This document shows positions 1 through 9,134 of a stretch of 21,470 bases of DNA, in pieces. The notes under the pieces were generated by a model. That model made no database searches. It was not told where the DNA came from and saw only the letters and a list, made by a program, of their open reading frames with translations. This stretch comes from Armatimonadota bacterium (GTDB lineage: Bacteria > Armatimonadota > Fimbriimonadia > Fimbriimonadales > Fimbriimonadaceae). Position 1 is the stretch's first letter. Every line of letters starts with the position of its first letter. The stretch lies in the NCBI GenBank assembly GCA_031400935.1, contig JANNQV010000017.1:124001-145470 (forward strand), read 5' to 3'. The position numbers were made by a program, and so were the translations under genes.

Positions 1-1
1 G

Positions 2-304
2 ACGATGGATTTTAGTCAAGACGTTCCGGGAGGCAAGCCTATCGCAATTCATGGCGACGTAACGGGATCCTATAAGCTAGAAGGCGAAACGATGACAATC
101 AAAGCAACAGACGTCAAGTTCTCGGCTACCGGCTTGCCCGAAGCTGCCAAACCAATGTTTGATTCGCAAATAAAGTCTATGAATGAAGGCTTGAAGAAGC
201 AAATTAACGAGGATGGGGCATCAAAATTCAAGTGGGTCAACGATGACTCATTTACAATGACTGGGAAAGATGGCTCTCCAGCGACATTTACAAGAAAGAA
301 GTAG
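2..304 (+). CDS. 5'-truncated hypothetical protein (beta-rich, possibly the C-terminal part of a lipoprotein)
   Basis: Frame is open to the window edge (ACG ATG GAT...), has protein-like composition, and ends in TAG at 302-304 just before a strong terminator. Confidence 0.7.
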   Translation, partial: TMDFSQDVPGGKPIAIHGDVTGSYKLEGETMTIKATDVKFSATGLPEAAKPMFDSQIKSMNEGLKKQINEDGASKFKWVNDDSFTMTGKDGSPATFTRKK

Positions 305-321
305 TTTTGATTGCCATATAC

Positions 322-359
322 AAAGAAAACGGGCACCTCAATTGGTGCCCGTTTTCTTT
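322..359. terminator. Bidirectional intrinsic terminator
   Basis: Perfect 16-bp inverted repeat AAAGAAAACGGGCACC-tcaatt-GGTGCCCGTTTTCTTT with U-rich tails on both strands, between convergent genes. Confidence 0.9.
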
Positions 360-374
360 AACTGTGCTTAGCGC

Positions 375-701
375 TTAATAGCGTCGTTTGTCGTTGTAGT
401 CGCCTCGGCCACCGCCGCCGCCACCACCAGATCGGTTGTAGCCACCGCCGCCACCGCCGCCGCCGCTTCGCTCTTCGCGAGGACGTGCTTCGTTAACAGT
501 CAAAGTTCGACCGTCCATTTGAGTTCCGTTCATTGCGGTGATTGCATCTTGCAATTGTTCGCCGTCAACGTCAACGAAACCGAAGCCTCGACCTTCAACG
601 ATGCGAGCATTTGCTGCGCCGTATTGGGTGAAAGAAGTGATGAGCTGCGATTCTGTCGCAGAGTAGGGCAAATTGCCTACGTAGAGTGTTTTGTTAGCCA
701 T
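375..701 (-). CDS. RRM (RNP-1) RNA-binding protein with glycine-rich tail
   Basis: RNP2 LYVGNL, RNP1 RGFGFVDV, NGTQMDGRTLTVNEARPRE and a Gly-rich C-terminus. SD GGAGG precedes the ATG. Confidence 0.95.
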   Translation of the reverse strand: MANKTLYVGNLPYSATESQLITSFTQYGAANARIVEGRGFGFVDVDGEQLQDAITAMNGTQMDGRTLTVNEARPREERSGGGGGGGGYNRSGGGGGGGRGDYNDKRRY

Positions 702-813
702 TTATGGCCTCCTTGTTTTAGATTGTTGCGGGTTCGAGTCTGAGAGATCGTTTGAACCTGCACGGATGCTGTAACAAGGCGATATCAAGGCTGGAAAGAT
801 CGTAACGAAAGTC

Positions 814-842
814 ATTATACCCTTTTGTGGATAATCGGGTAA
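814..842 (-). promoter_or_regulatory. Putative sigma70 promoter of the RRM gene with a DnaA box in the spacer
   Basis: Minus-strand TATAAT at 819-814 and weak -35 TTACCC at 842-837 (17-nt spacer). TTATCCACA lies at 834-826. Confidence 0.55.
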
Positions 843-870
843 ATGGGGTTTGGGGTATGGGGTGTTTGGG
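837..870 (+). repeat. G-rich heptamer tandem repeat with G-quadruplex-compatible pattern
   Basis: GGGtaaatGGGGtttGGGGtatGGGGtgtttGGG; units TGGGGTT, TGGGGTA, TGGGGTG. Confidence 0.6.
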
Positions 871-885
871 AAGTAGCGATTGGCT

Positions 886-1587
886 TTAGCGCTTCTTGTA
901 CGCAAATGCCGAAACGGCAATCGGATCGTTTAGTTTCATGCTTTTGTGGCATGTTAGACACTCTTTCTTTCGAAGAAAAATCGCCTCAGCGTAGAGTTGC
1001 CAATCGCCGATTTTCTTCTTGAAAGTTCCTTTTGGGCTAGCAGTTAGAAGCTTGACGGATTCGTCGGCAAAATCAAGCAACCTTTGATTGGTAGTTCCCA
1101 TAGAGCGATTTGAATCTCGGAAAAGGCCCTCATAGCCACGGAGCCCGTTGCTAGTATTCCAGAACGAAACTTTATTGGTTTGCTGTTCGCGATTTCCTAA
1201 CTCGATTGAAGAAGCATACAATGATTTTGGACTTATCTTTGTCCAAAGCTCCTGAATTAGAGTAAACACCCCTTCTTCCATCACCCAACCGTCTTTGGCA
1301 AGCTAGGCGCGCGATTTTAAAAGTTCGTTTTCAATCGTAATTTCGGACTCTTTGCGGAAGCCTGAATGAGAATCGAAAGGATTGTTTCTAACACGGCTAA
1401 TTGCGCCAGGCCCGTACTTCCAAAGAAGTTCCAAGTCATTGAAAACGGCATCGTACCCCGCAGCCATCAATGCCCCAGGCTCAGCAGAAGTTGGCACCTT
1501 CTTGTCAGGCACTTTGTCCTGGGTTGGAAGAATTGCAAATCCTAAAATGGCAGTTGCACCTAGTCCAATGAGAATTTCCTTCACCAT
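886..1587 (-). pseudogene. Exported c-type heme protein (Tll0287/DUF3365-like) interrupted by an in-frame TAG at 1303-1305
   Basis: ORFs 1303-1608 and 886-1284 share a frame (...KSRA*LAKDGWVMEEG...). The upstream half carries a signal peptide (MVKEILIGLGATAILGFA) and the downstream half carries ECLTCH followed by KLNDPIAV. Confidence 0.7.
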
Positions 1588-1781
1588 AATTTTGTTATAC
1601 GATAGCACCTACCGATTGTTGTGTTCTTCGTTCATTTACGGTTCGCTTTGCTCCTGCGAAATGGTTGCAAATTTCCATATGATGAGTAAAGTGTCCTGAT
1701 TGGATCATCTCGTTGAACAATCCCGAAGGGATCAAAATCTATCGTCCATCCAAATCTGTTTGCTAACTCAAAATCTTTGTC

Positions 1782-2384
1782 TTATCGCTCTTTCGGCTGA
1801 AACATGCACCACATTGAAGTTTCTCCCAAAAAGCCCGAGCCGACTAGCTCGTATCCTTTGCGCTCATACAAACGGCGACTGTTTGCATTCGCAGTTTCTA
1901 AATACACTCCTGTCGAATTCGAATCATGGGCAGAGAGCTGGGAAAACGCATCCAATAGTCGCCCGCCAATCCCTCGTCCTTGCGATGCAGGATCAACACC
2001 CAATACGCCTAAATAGAAGTGAGGTTCGGATGGCTGAAACTGGTCGGAAAGTGCGTGATACGCCTCGAATCTACTTTCGAGACCAGGAATAGATGATTCG
2101 AATAGAGTCCATTCAGCTTTGAGGTCCTCTGGCCATTCTGGAAGCACTGTCCCATATCCCAGCGTAGCACCTAGGACTTCCCCGCCCTCTTTCGCCGCCA
2201 ATGCAGGCGATTCGAGGCGAATTCGTGCTCTTGAAAGCAATCCAAAAAAGGTCTCGGCGCTGGATAGAACTCCACTCTCTGCGGTTTCAAAAAAATAGCG
2301 GATGATTCCATCGTTCTCAAATGCCCTGGCAAGCAATTTTGAAGACGCGAGCAGGTGGCCTGGCTGAAGCGAAACAATTTCCAT
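1782..2384 (-). CDS. GNAT family N-acetyltransferase
   Basis: Motif A HFYLGVLGVDPASQGRGIGGRLL and motif B VYLETANANSRRLYERKGY. Confidence 0.93.
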   Translation of the reverse strand: MEIVSLQPGHLLASSKLLARAFENDGIIRYFFETAESGVLSSAETFFGLLSRARIRLESPALAAKEGGEVLGATLGYGTVLPEWPEDLKAEWTLFESSIPGLESRFEAYHALSDQFQPSEPHFYLGVLGVDPASQGRGIGGRLLDAFSQLSAHDSNSTGVYLETANANSRRLYERKGYELVGSGFLGETSMWCMFQPKER

Positions 2385-2520
2385 TGATTTCGTTAACTCA
2401 GATTACCATTGCGAAAGACTCCAGGCAACCTGTTTTCAAGCAGAAGCTGCGAAGGAACGCAGTCCAAACCGCGATATTGCGATCAGGAATTGAAACCGCA
2501 AAAACGCAAGCCACTTTATG

Positions 2521-2624
2521 GCCCGCAAAGTCGCCAAGAACGCAAAGTCTTAATTCTCGTTTGTGGACAATTACTTGCTAGAATTCGCAATGCTCACTTT
2601 GCGGGCTTCGCACCTTTGCGTGAG
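2521..2624. repeat. REP-like intergenic inverted repeat built from CGCAAAG/CTTTGCG units
   Basis: Left arm gccCGCAAAGtcgccaagaaCGCAAAGt and right arm aCTTTGCGggcttcgcacCTTTGCGtgag, with a perfect 11-bp IR at 2521-2531/2596-2606. Confidence 0.65.
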
Positions 2625-2632
2625 ATTCCAAA

Positions 2633-3721
2633 TCACCTCATCTTCTTTCCGCCAAGCATGAGCATCATCGTCGTTTTGGTCTGAATTCGTGGAAGCGGCT
2701 GCGCTTTATCTAAGGCCGCGCCTGGACCATAGCCAACCAAGTTACCCATTGCAAAATCAGCATTCTGGAAAATCCCCGCAGGAATCGTGACCTTTGTCGC
2801 TTCCCCAGGCATGAAGATCGTTTTAGCTACAAAATCCCGAACTTCAGCCATTTGCAAAAAGCCCATTTCGCCCATCAAACCTTCTGTAAACACTTCAGAT
2901 GAGCTCCACAAAATGATCGTGCTCTTCCCTTCCATTCCCATTGCAGATGCATTTTGACCGAGCAAATTCGGAATGGTCGGCCAGGTGAGTGCGATGAATT
3001 TTTTGAGGTCCATTCGCCTTTCCAAATCTGGCGACGTAATCGAATACGGTGCTAGGAAATTCACGTTGGATGGAGCTTCGATGTCCACGTTGCCTGTGTA
3101 ATTTGTGGTCAGCGAATATCTGCCGATGAGCGAAGCGTCTTCGGCGATGTTGCCAGCCTGTTTCTTCGTCGGCCAGAAAGCAGTTGTCCAATTTGGTTTG
3201 TAGAAGTAAGAGCTTGCGGCTTGGGATTCCCTGACCTTTTGGCGCATGACAGCTTTCTGATCCTCCGGCATCCCTGCCCATGAGATGACTTTTGGTTGGC
3301 CTTCTCTTACAGTTTCCGATGAGCCCCAATAGATCTTTATTGTGAATTCAGGATTGGAATCTGGATCAAAATCTTTGATTTTTTCTGATCCTTCTGAACC
3401 CGTTGGGCGAAAAAGTTCAAGGTCGAGCTTGGCACCCTGTTTCAAGCCAGCAGGAGCAGCGATCGTTGCCGTTGCATCAGCGGGAGCAATACTTGGCGAC
3501 CATAGGCGGATATTGAGAATTCTCGAAGCTCCACCCATGAACATCATCGCTTCTGGCGGAAGCTTGATTCCTGCTGGAAGGCTTTTCAGGTCCATCATCG
3601 GCATTCCTGCCATTCTGCCGACTTTTGTTTCCGCTAGTAGGGCTAGAAATGCCTGGTCTTCTGCCGTCGAAGTTGACGTGGAACCGGCAGTTAACGCAAT
3701 AATACAAGCAGTGAAAATCAT
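2633..3721 (-). CDS. Exported hypothetical protein
   Basis: 362-aa ORF with SD AGGAG and an N-terminal hydrophobic signal peptide; no recognised catalytic motif. Confidence 0.85.
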   Translation of the reverse strand: MIFTACIIALTAGSTSTSTAEDQAFLALLAETKVGRMAGMPMMDLKSLPAGIKLPPEAMMFMGGASRILNIRLWSPSIAPADATATIAAPAGLKQGAKLDLELFRPTGSEGSEKIKDFDPDSNPEFTIKIYWGSSETVREGQPKVISWAGMPEDQKAVMRQKVRESQAASSYFYKPNWTTAFWPTKKQAGNIAEDASLIGRYSLTTNYTGNVDIEAPSNVNFLAPYSITSPDLERRMDLKKFIALTWPTIPNLLGQNASAMGMEGKSTIILWSSSEVFTEGLMGEMGFLQMAEVRDFVAKTIFMPGEATKVTIPAGIFQNADFAMGNLVGYGPGAALDKAQPLPRIQTKTTMMLMLGGKKMR

Positions 3722-3771
3722 GGTTTTGAACTCCTATGTTGTGAAACAAGCGTACCCTAGCCAAGAACAGG

Positions 3772-4452
3772 CTACGGCATGGTCATGGCGCTCACAACTG
3801 CGCTCAACGCTCCATCACGAATCTCGTTTGAAATGCCTTGTGCGCGAAATTCTCTGAATTCGGGTTGACCAATCACTCGTGGGCGGCGGTCGTCAATGTA
3901 GTCAATCGTCTTGGTAATTCCAATTTCGACCCATTCACCGGCTTCGTTTCGCGAATCTATAGCAACCAAAGCGTAGCCCTCGCGGTTCACCACGAGCCGA
4001 ATCTCCGATTGCCATAGAACTTCAACTTCTAGGGACGGGGTTCCTGGAGGCGGAGTTTCAGAGCCGTGAATTCGATAAGCCTCGCCGATTTCCGGCGTGT
4101 AACTGGCAGCACTTTTCAGAATTCCAGCCAAAACCAAAGTGCGGTCCATTATTCCCGGCAAAGCGTTCAAAGCAACAATTACGGGTTCCGGCGGGGTCGG
4201 CGCTTCTGGCATCGCTGCGTTTATGCTTCCTTCCAAAATTAGATTCGTGTATGACTGCACGCCCTTGTAAAACGCCTCCGCTTCGCTCAAATAGCTCGCG
4301 ACAATCCCGATTTCGGCATCGTCTATTCGAATCTGGGTTACTTGCTCTTCGCTGAGCCCATCACTGACGCCTGTAGCAGTCGCCTGGGTTGCAAGATTCC
4401 TATGCCAGGGAATTCGTTCTGCTAACTCAGTTGGATACCATTCTGCTGACAT
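3772..4452 (-). CDS. Hypothetical protein with helical N-terminus and Ig/FN3-like C-terminal domain
   Basis: 226-aa ORF with Pro-rich linkers and motifs YTPEIGEAY and YIDDR..PEFREFRA, which I recall from a family of uncharacterised proteins (domain call is inference). Confidence 0.75.
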   Translation of the reverse strand: MSAEWYPTELAERIPWHRNLATQATATGVSDGLSEEQVTQIRIDDAEIGIVASYLSEAEAFYKGVQSYTNLILEGSINAAMPEAPTPPEPVIVALNALPGIMDRTLVLAGILKSAASYTPEIGEAYRIHGSETPPPGTPSLEVEVLWQSEIRLVVNREGYALVAIDSRNEAGEWVEIGITKTIDYIDDRRPRVIGQPEFREFRAQGISNEIRDGALSAVVSAMTMP

Positions 4453-4613
4453 TTTCTTATCCCCGTGCGATCAACAACTTTGTGCCGCTTCTACTTATAC
4501 GCCAAACCCCTAGCAATGTCCTTCTTTTTGCAGGCAATTTGTCGTAGCCTTGCTCCTAGCAAATTCTTCAAATTGAGTCCGGGAGGTAGTCTTGAATTCG
4601 AGGCTTTACAATT

Positions 4614-5435
4614 TTGAACTTAGATTCGAATATCCACAACTTGCATCAAGCAAACCGAGAAGGTTGGAACGAAGGCGCCCAAACCTACGAAGAAGGCATC
4701 GAAGAACGGACTGAGTTTCTTTGGGGAGGCGGGCAGAATTTTTGCGCTCCTGAACTTGAGTTTTTAGTTGACCTCGACAAATGGTGCAATCGTGCAATTC
4801 ACTTGCAATGCGCTGGCGGCACCGACACGCTTTCCTTGTGGAATCGAGGGGCTAAGGAAGTCATTGGAATTGATATCAGCGACCGCATGATAGAAGTCGG
4901 TCGCAAAAAGAGCGAGGCACTAGGGGCACCCGCAATATGGATTCGATCGGACATTTTCGAGATTCCTTCCAGCCTAGATGGAACTGCGGACTTGGTATAC
5001 ACCGGACGTGGTGCCTTGTGCTGGATCATGGACATTGATGCTTGGGCGAGAGTCGTTGCAAGGCTCTTGCGGCATGACGGCAAAGCATACATTTTTGAAG
5101 GACACCCGGTTTCCGACTTGTGGACACTAGAAGATGATCATTATGCGCTTGACCCAGAATATGGGGACTATTTCAACTCAGAGCCGATTGCTTCATCCGG
5201 TTGGCCGACAACGTACATCGGCGATCTTGGAAAGCCTGTTGAAGAGCACGCGACCAAATACGAACGTATTTGGCGAATGGATCAGATAATCATGGCAGTT
5301 ATCAATGCCGGATTGAAATTGGAAGCTTTCAAAGAACATCCCGATCTGTATTGGGACCGTTTTCCAAATATGCCAGCCGACTTGGTACGTAGATTGCCGC
5401 AAACATTTTCCCTAGTTGCAAGGCGAAATTATTGA
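4614..5435 (+). CDS. Class I SAM-dependent methyltransferase
   Basis: Motif I variant IHLQCAGGTDTLS, then VIGIDIS, ADLVYTGRGALCWI and YIFEGHP. The TTG start is uncertain. Confidence 0.9.
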   Translation: MNLDSNIHNLHQANREGWNEGAQTYEEGIEERTEFLWGGGQNFCAPELEFLVDLDKWCNRAIHLQCAGGTDTLSLWNRGAKEVIGIDISDRMIEVGRKKSEALGAPAIWIRSDIFEIPSSLDGTADLVYTGRGALCWIMDIDAWARVVARLLRHDGKAYIFEGHPVSDLWTLEDDHYALDPEYGDYFNSEPIASSGWPTTYIGDLGKPVEEHATKYERIWRMDQIIMAVINAGLKLEAFKEHPDLYWDRFPNMPADLVRRLPQTFSLVARRNY

Positions 5436-5473
5436 TTTCGCCTTGCAACTAACTTGTTACACACCCTGAGAAA

Positions 5474-5917
5474 TCATTCCCCGACAGTGAACTTCACCGA
5501 TTCCGCGACTTTGTCGTTCCAATACAAGTCAACCCGATATTTGCCAGCTGGCCAACCTTTCGTGGGTTTCGTTAGTGAGAAATTGCCATTGTTGACTCCA
5601 GGGCCAATCACAATTGTAGCCGCATCAATCTCGTAATTCGGCGGAGCCTCTTTGGACTCTTCGCATACCCATGCGCCTTTGATCTTGTCGCCGACAGGAA
5701 CATTGCTAAGTCCAAAGGTGACGAAAATTTCAGGGGTATTCATGTTGAACGCCGAATCTGAAGTTGTGGAAGTTTTGTCGTCGGTAAGGATGATGTTGGT
5801 GAATCCGGCCTTTGACGGCGTTGCCGTGTTTTCGACCTGAGCGCTGCATCCTGCTAGTGCCAGGATTGCAGCAAATAGAGCGAAGCCAATTGTGGTTTTT
5901 GAACTGAAGATATTCAT
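5474..5917 (-). CDS. Lipoprotein with Ig-like beta-sandwich
   Basis: Lipobox LAGC after a hydrophobic stretch, and C-terminal GWPAGKYRVDLYWND...FTV. ATG 5917 is preferred over TTG 5956. Confidence 0.85.
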   Translation of the reverse strand: MNIFSSKTTIGFALFAAILALAGCSAQVENTATPSKAGFTNIILTDDKTSTTSDSAFNMNTPEIFVTFGLSNVPVGDKIKGAWVCEESKEAPPNYEIDAATIVIGPGVNNGNFSLTKPTKGWPAGKYRVDLYWNDKVAESVKFTVGE

Positions 5918-5995
5918 TAATTGGAACTCTACCAGTTTTTTTTGCCTCTGATTCAAGCGTTTTTGTCAGTTCGGACTATGTTTGGCCACAACCCT

Positions 5996-6886
5996 TCAAA
6001 ACAAGTCCATTGCTTTCACTCGCCTCGTAAATTCAAGAATCTTGGCAACAACGTCTCGAACAAAAAGCCCACCAGTAGTATCTATCCAATTCTGAATGTG
6101 GACACGTCCATCCTGTACTGTGACTCCTTCACGAGCGGCTGGTGTTGCGGTTCTTTCCCATCTTTCCAGCTTATTGGCATCCGGGCTTCCCAAACAGGCA
6201 ACAAAGAATCCAGCCCTTGGCCCGATCATTCCTGTGAAATATATTGGCAAGCCCATTAGCTTCGCACCAGTGCACCAACCTCTCATAATATCATGTGCAA
6301 TGCGCTTTCCCCATCCCAATTGCACTCGGAGATAATCTAGGTCTTCTTGCTCTATAAGTTCGAGCTTTGCATAAAGGTCGAGCGGTGCCTTTCCGATCTG
6401 GTTGAGGCTCTCTGACGGCTTTCCTCCCAAGCGTGCAATCTCGTGTTTGAGCTTACGACTGGCATCGAAGAGTGCCTTCAAGTTCGCCCTAATTTCAACC
6501 AATTTATTGGAGTAGTGGAACACGTGCGATTCCAAAATCACTCTTCCTCCAAGAAATGAATGCATTCTGAATTTAGTCAGCTTTTCTCGGACCTGCCAGT
6601 CCACCAGTTTCTTGTTTTCGAGTGTACGTGGTAGGTCAAACTCGATTCGGCACGAGGCTGAACCAACGAATATCTCCCTGATTTCTCCTCCACCATGCAT
6701 ACCGAGCCATACTTCCAGGGACTGCGATCCGTCGCTGAGGCTCAAAGATTTTTGATCGTTCGAGAGGGATGCTTTGTACCCAAAACCAGAAAGCAGATTG
6801 CAGAATTCGTCCTTTGCAAGTTCGCCAATCGGTTCTGATTGCAATTGAAGCAATGCGAAAATCGCTGCCGAAAGTGAGAAGCCCAT
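5996..6886 (-). CDS. Exported hypothetical protein, possibly tandem YbjN-like domains
   Basis: 296-aa ORF with a signal-like N-terminus. C-terminal VHIQNWIDTTGGLFVRDVVAKILEF resembles YbjN-type ends (weak). Confidence 0.7.
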   Translation of the reverse strand: MGFSLSAAIFALLQLQSEPIGELAKDEFCNLLSGFGYKASLSNDQKSLSLSDGSQSLEVWLGMHGGGEIREIFVGSASCRIEFDLPRTLENKKLVDWQVREKLTKFRMHSFLGGRVILESHVFHYSNKLVEIRANLKALFDASRKLKHEIARLGGKPSESLNQIGKAPLDLYAKLELIEQEDLDYLRVQLGWGKRIAHDIMRGWCTGAKLMGLPIYFTGMIGPRAGFFVACLGSPDANKLERWERTATPAAREGVTVQDGRVHIQNWIDTTGGLFVRDVVAKILEFTRRVKAMDLF

Positions 6887-6967
6887 GTCGTGCTGACGAT
6901 TAAGAATGGCGGGAGTTACCTACGCATTGCCTCGCGAATTCCATATGAAATCCAATAGTGGCGCAGC

Positions 6968-7972
6968 CTAGTTCCGATGATGATTCGAGGTCTCATAGTG
7001 CTCCGCCAAGGCATCTCTGCCGAAATCGCCCTTGAAGTCCCGCCAAACCGCGTGAACGTGATTTGCATTGTTCTGCGTGTTGTCATATTCAATTAGGAAT
7101 GTCGGACCCTGAATTCGGTAGTAATGCCCTTTGCCAGGCTCGATGCTTCCCATCCAGGCAAATCGGACTTTTTCCCATCCAGACTTTTCTATTTTCGCCA
7201 ATCGTGCTTTCGCCTGGTCTGGTCTTTGAATGTCTGCAAATAGCTTCACGATTTCCCTCATGGCTACCGCCTGCACTTTGTTCAGAGCCGGAAACGGTAT
7301 TCCCGTGACATCGAGAACGGCTGCGACACGCTGGTTGGAAGTTACAATGTCTGCTGGGGCGGTTTTACCAATTATTGCAGAGCTCTTTTGTTCTAGCGAG
7401 AGAGAAATCACGAGCTGCCTTCCAAGGCCTTCCTCTTTTCCAAGCACTCTTAAATCTTTGTGGGGACCTTCGAGAACGCGGGCTGGATTTGAACCCAAGA
7501 ATTGGGGCGATGTCGCAACTAATCTTCCATCCAAGTAGGTAAAGCTAAGCGAAACATGATGTCCTTCAAATCGCCATCCCCACCTCCCTTTTGGCGAAGG
7601 TTCGCCGAAAAAGGCGATGAAATACTGTTCTGGATCTCTTCCAGGATTTTGCTCCATCTGCCTCAGCACATCCTCTAAATCTGCGCGAATGGATTCAACT
7701 TTTTGGAATCCAACTTCGCTGAGGCATGATTTCAGCAGTTCCTTTGCAGCTTTGCGCTGTGTTTCGCTCATCACTTTCAGCGTAATGCCTGACCGGTTTC
7801 CTGGAACATACATCCAAGAAGTGCGGGCTTCGTCGTCAAAGCTGAGCAGGGCTTGGGTTTTCTGGCTGCCGGTCAAAGTGTCTAGAAAGGTTGAAGCCAA
7901 ATCCGTACTTTGGCTCGTTGGAAGGCTGTTTGACGCGAAAACGATGAGAACGCATGATGCTAGCCACTTCAT
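6968..7972 (-). CDS. DUF3500 domain-containing exported protein
   Basis: WGWRFEGHHVSL, SPQFLGSNP and YYRIQGPTFLIEYDNTQNNANHVHAVWRD motifs. Confidence 0.92.
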   Translation of the reverse strand: MKWLASCVLIVFASNSLPTSQSTDLASTFLDTLTGSQKTQALLSFDDEARTSWMYVPGNRSGITLKVMSETQRKAAKELLKSCLSEVGFQKVESIRADLEDVLRQMEQNPGRDPEQYFIAFFGEPSPKGRWGWRFEGHHVSLSFTYLDGRLVATSPQFLGSNPARVLEGPHKDLRVLGKEEGLGRQLVISLSLEQKSSAIIGKTAPADIVTSNQRVAAVLDVTGIPFPALNKVQAVAMREIVKLFADIQRPDQAKARLAKIEKSGWEKVRFAWMGSIEPGKGHYYRIQGPTFLIEYDNTQNNANHVHAVWRDFKGDFGRDALAEHYETSNHHRN

Positions 7973-8066
7973 AGGTGACTTTTACCCGACTTATGTATTG
8001 CTTGGTAGCAAATGCAAAAGCTTCCTTCTCTGCAACCCAACCAATTGCTTTCTCGTCGGTTAGTTT

Positions 8067-8321
8067 ATGCTGCCAACAGACTTGCCTGAGATGATCGCCG
8101 CCATGGCGTGTTTTGGCGTGATCGTAGTATGCCCTTTGGTCATGCTGCTTCTTCGGCATCAGCGCCAAATGGCAGAGCTAATGCATCGCGGCCCTGTTGA
8201 CAATTCACTGCAGAGAATTGAAGCATTAGAGCATGAAGTTCGAGAGCTGAGAGCTACACAAAATGAGCTTGTTCTCAAATGCGACGACAAGAAGAGCCTG
8301 GATCCCGGCAATGATTCGTAA
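8067..8321 (+). CDS. Small single-TM protein with coiled coil
   Basis: One TM helix, HQRQMAEL, then a heptad-like segment LQRIEALEHEVRELR. Confidence 0.75.
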   Translation: MLPTDLPEMIAAMACFGVIVVCPLVMLLLRHQRQMAELMHRGPVDNSLQRIEALEHEVRELRATQNELVLKCDDKKSLDPGNDS

Positions 8322-8372
8322 GAAGTGCGCACTTTATGAGTCTGCTGCATAAGGTTTGAGGAGCAATACGAA

Positions 8373-8980
8373 ATGGACTGGCCACAGCACATGATTGATC
8401 CAAAAACAGGCGATGTTGAGTTGCACCTATACAAATACCAATCGCAGCGGCCGCCGCCAAATTGACGATCCAAGAACTGGACACTTACCTAGAAGGCAAA
8501 AGGACAGCCGACGGACTTCCTTACCCACTCGTTCCGGATGCCGAACCAATAGTGATTCGATTGCGTTCTGGAATGACTCCTCAAGAGATTGCCGCAATTT
8601 CGCCGTTGACTTCAAACAGTTCGATTGGCAAAGAATCATGGTCAAAATGGGCAGCATTTGCGCTTACGCCCTTTGGATGGTCTTGTTGGCCGACCCCTCA
8701 CTTTAGGTGTAACAGGCTGTTCCTGCTCACTCTTTACGGTGGAAGTGGAGAAGAAACTGTGGGTCGTTTTGCTACACTTGTTGACTTTGTCGAACGCGAG
8801 TTTGGAGAACCCGGAGAGGGAATGAAACAGGGCTGGTTTCGCACCAAGCCTGCAAAGCCAGGTTCGCAACCTAACCTCTTTCGTTGGGTTAAATCGTGGG
8901 GCAAAGTAACGGTACTACTAGAGCCGCGTGACGGAGAGCCAATGTTGTGGATTGAATGGAAGTCATCGGACAAGTCCTAG
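8373..8980 (+). pseudogene. Hypothetical protein, probably frameshifted near 8420-8460 (main ORF 8462-8980)
   Basis: SD GAGGAG (8358-8363) and ATG 8373 give MDWPQHMIDPKTGDVE. The long frame opens at 8420 (VAPIQIPIAAAAAKLTIQELD...). The span is 608 nt, one base short of an intact frame. Confidence 0.55.
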
Positions 8981-9134
8981 CACTTTCGCAATCTTCGAGT
9001 TACACAAAACGAGCTTACACTGCAAAATGACAACAAAAGGGCACTGGGCCATAGCGATACCTCCTAGGAAGTACCCAAAATATGAGTCTTTTCACTCCAT
9101 TCGTAGTACATAATAATCCAGAGGTGATTCAGAA

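Noticed and set aside
405..470. GCC/ACC trinucleotide repeats
   Set aside because: They simply encode the glycine-rich tail of the RRM protein.
826..2570. Replication origin from DnaA-like boxes (826-834 and TTGTCCACA at 2562-2570)
   Set aside because: Only two isolated boxes 1.7 kb apart, with no cluster, no AT-rich unwinding element and no dnaA/dnaN.
1673..6948. Shared intergenic 10-mer TTCCATATGA (1673-1682 and 6939-6948)
   Set aside because: Too short to exceed chance, with no wider similarity in the flanks.
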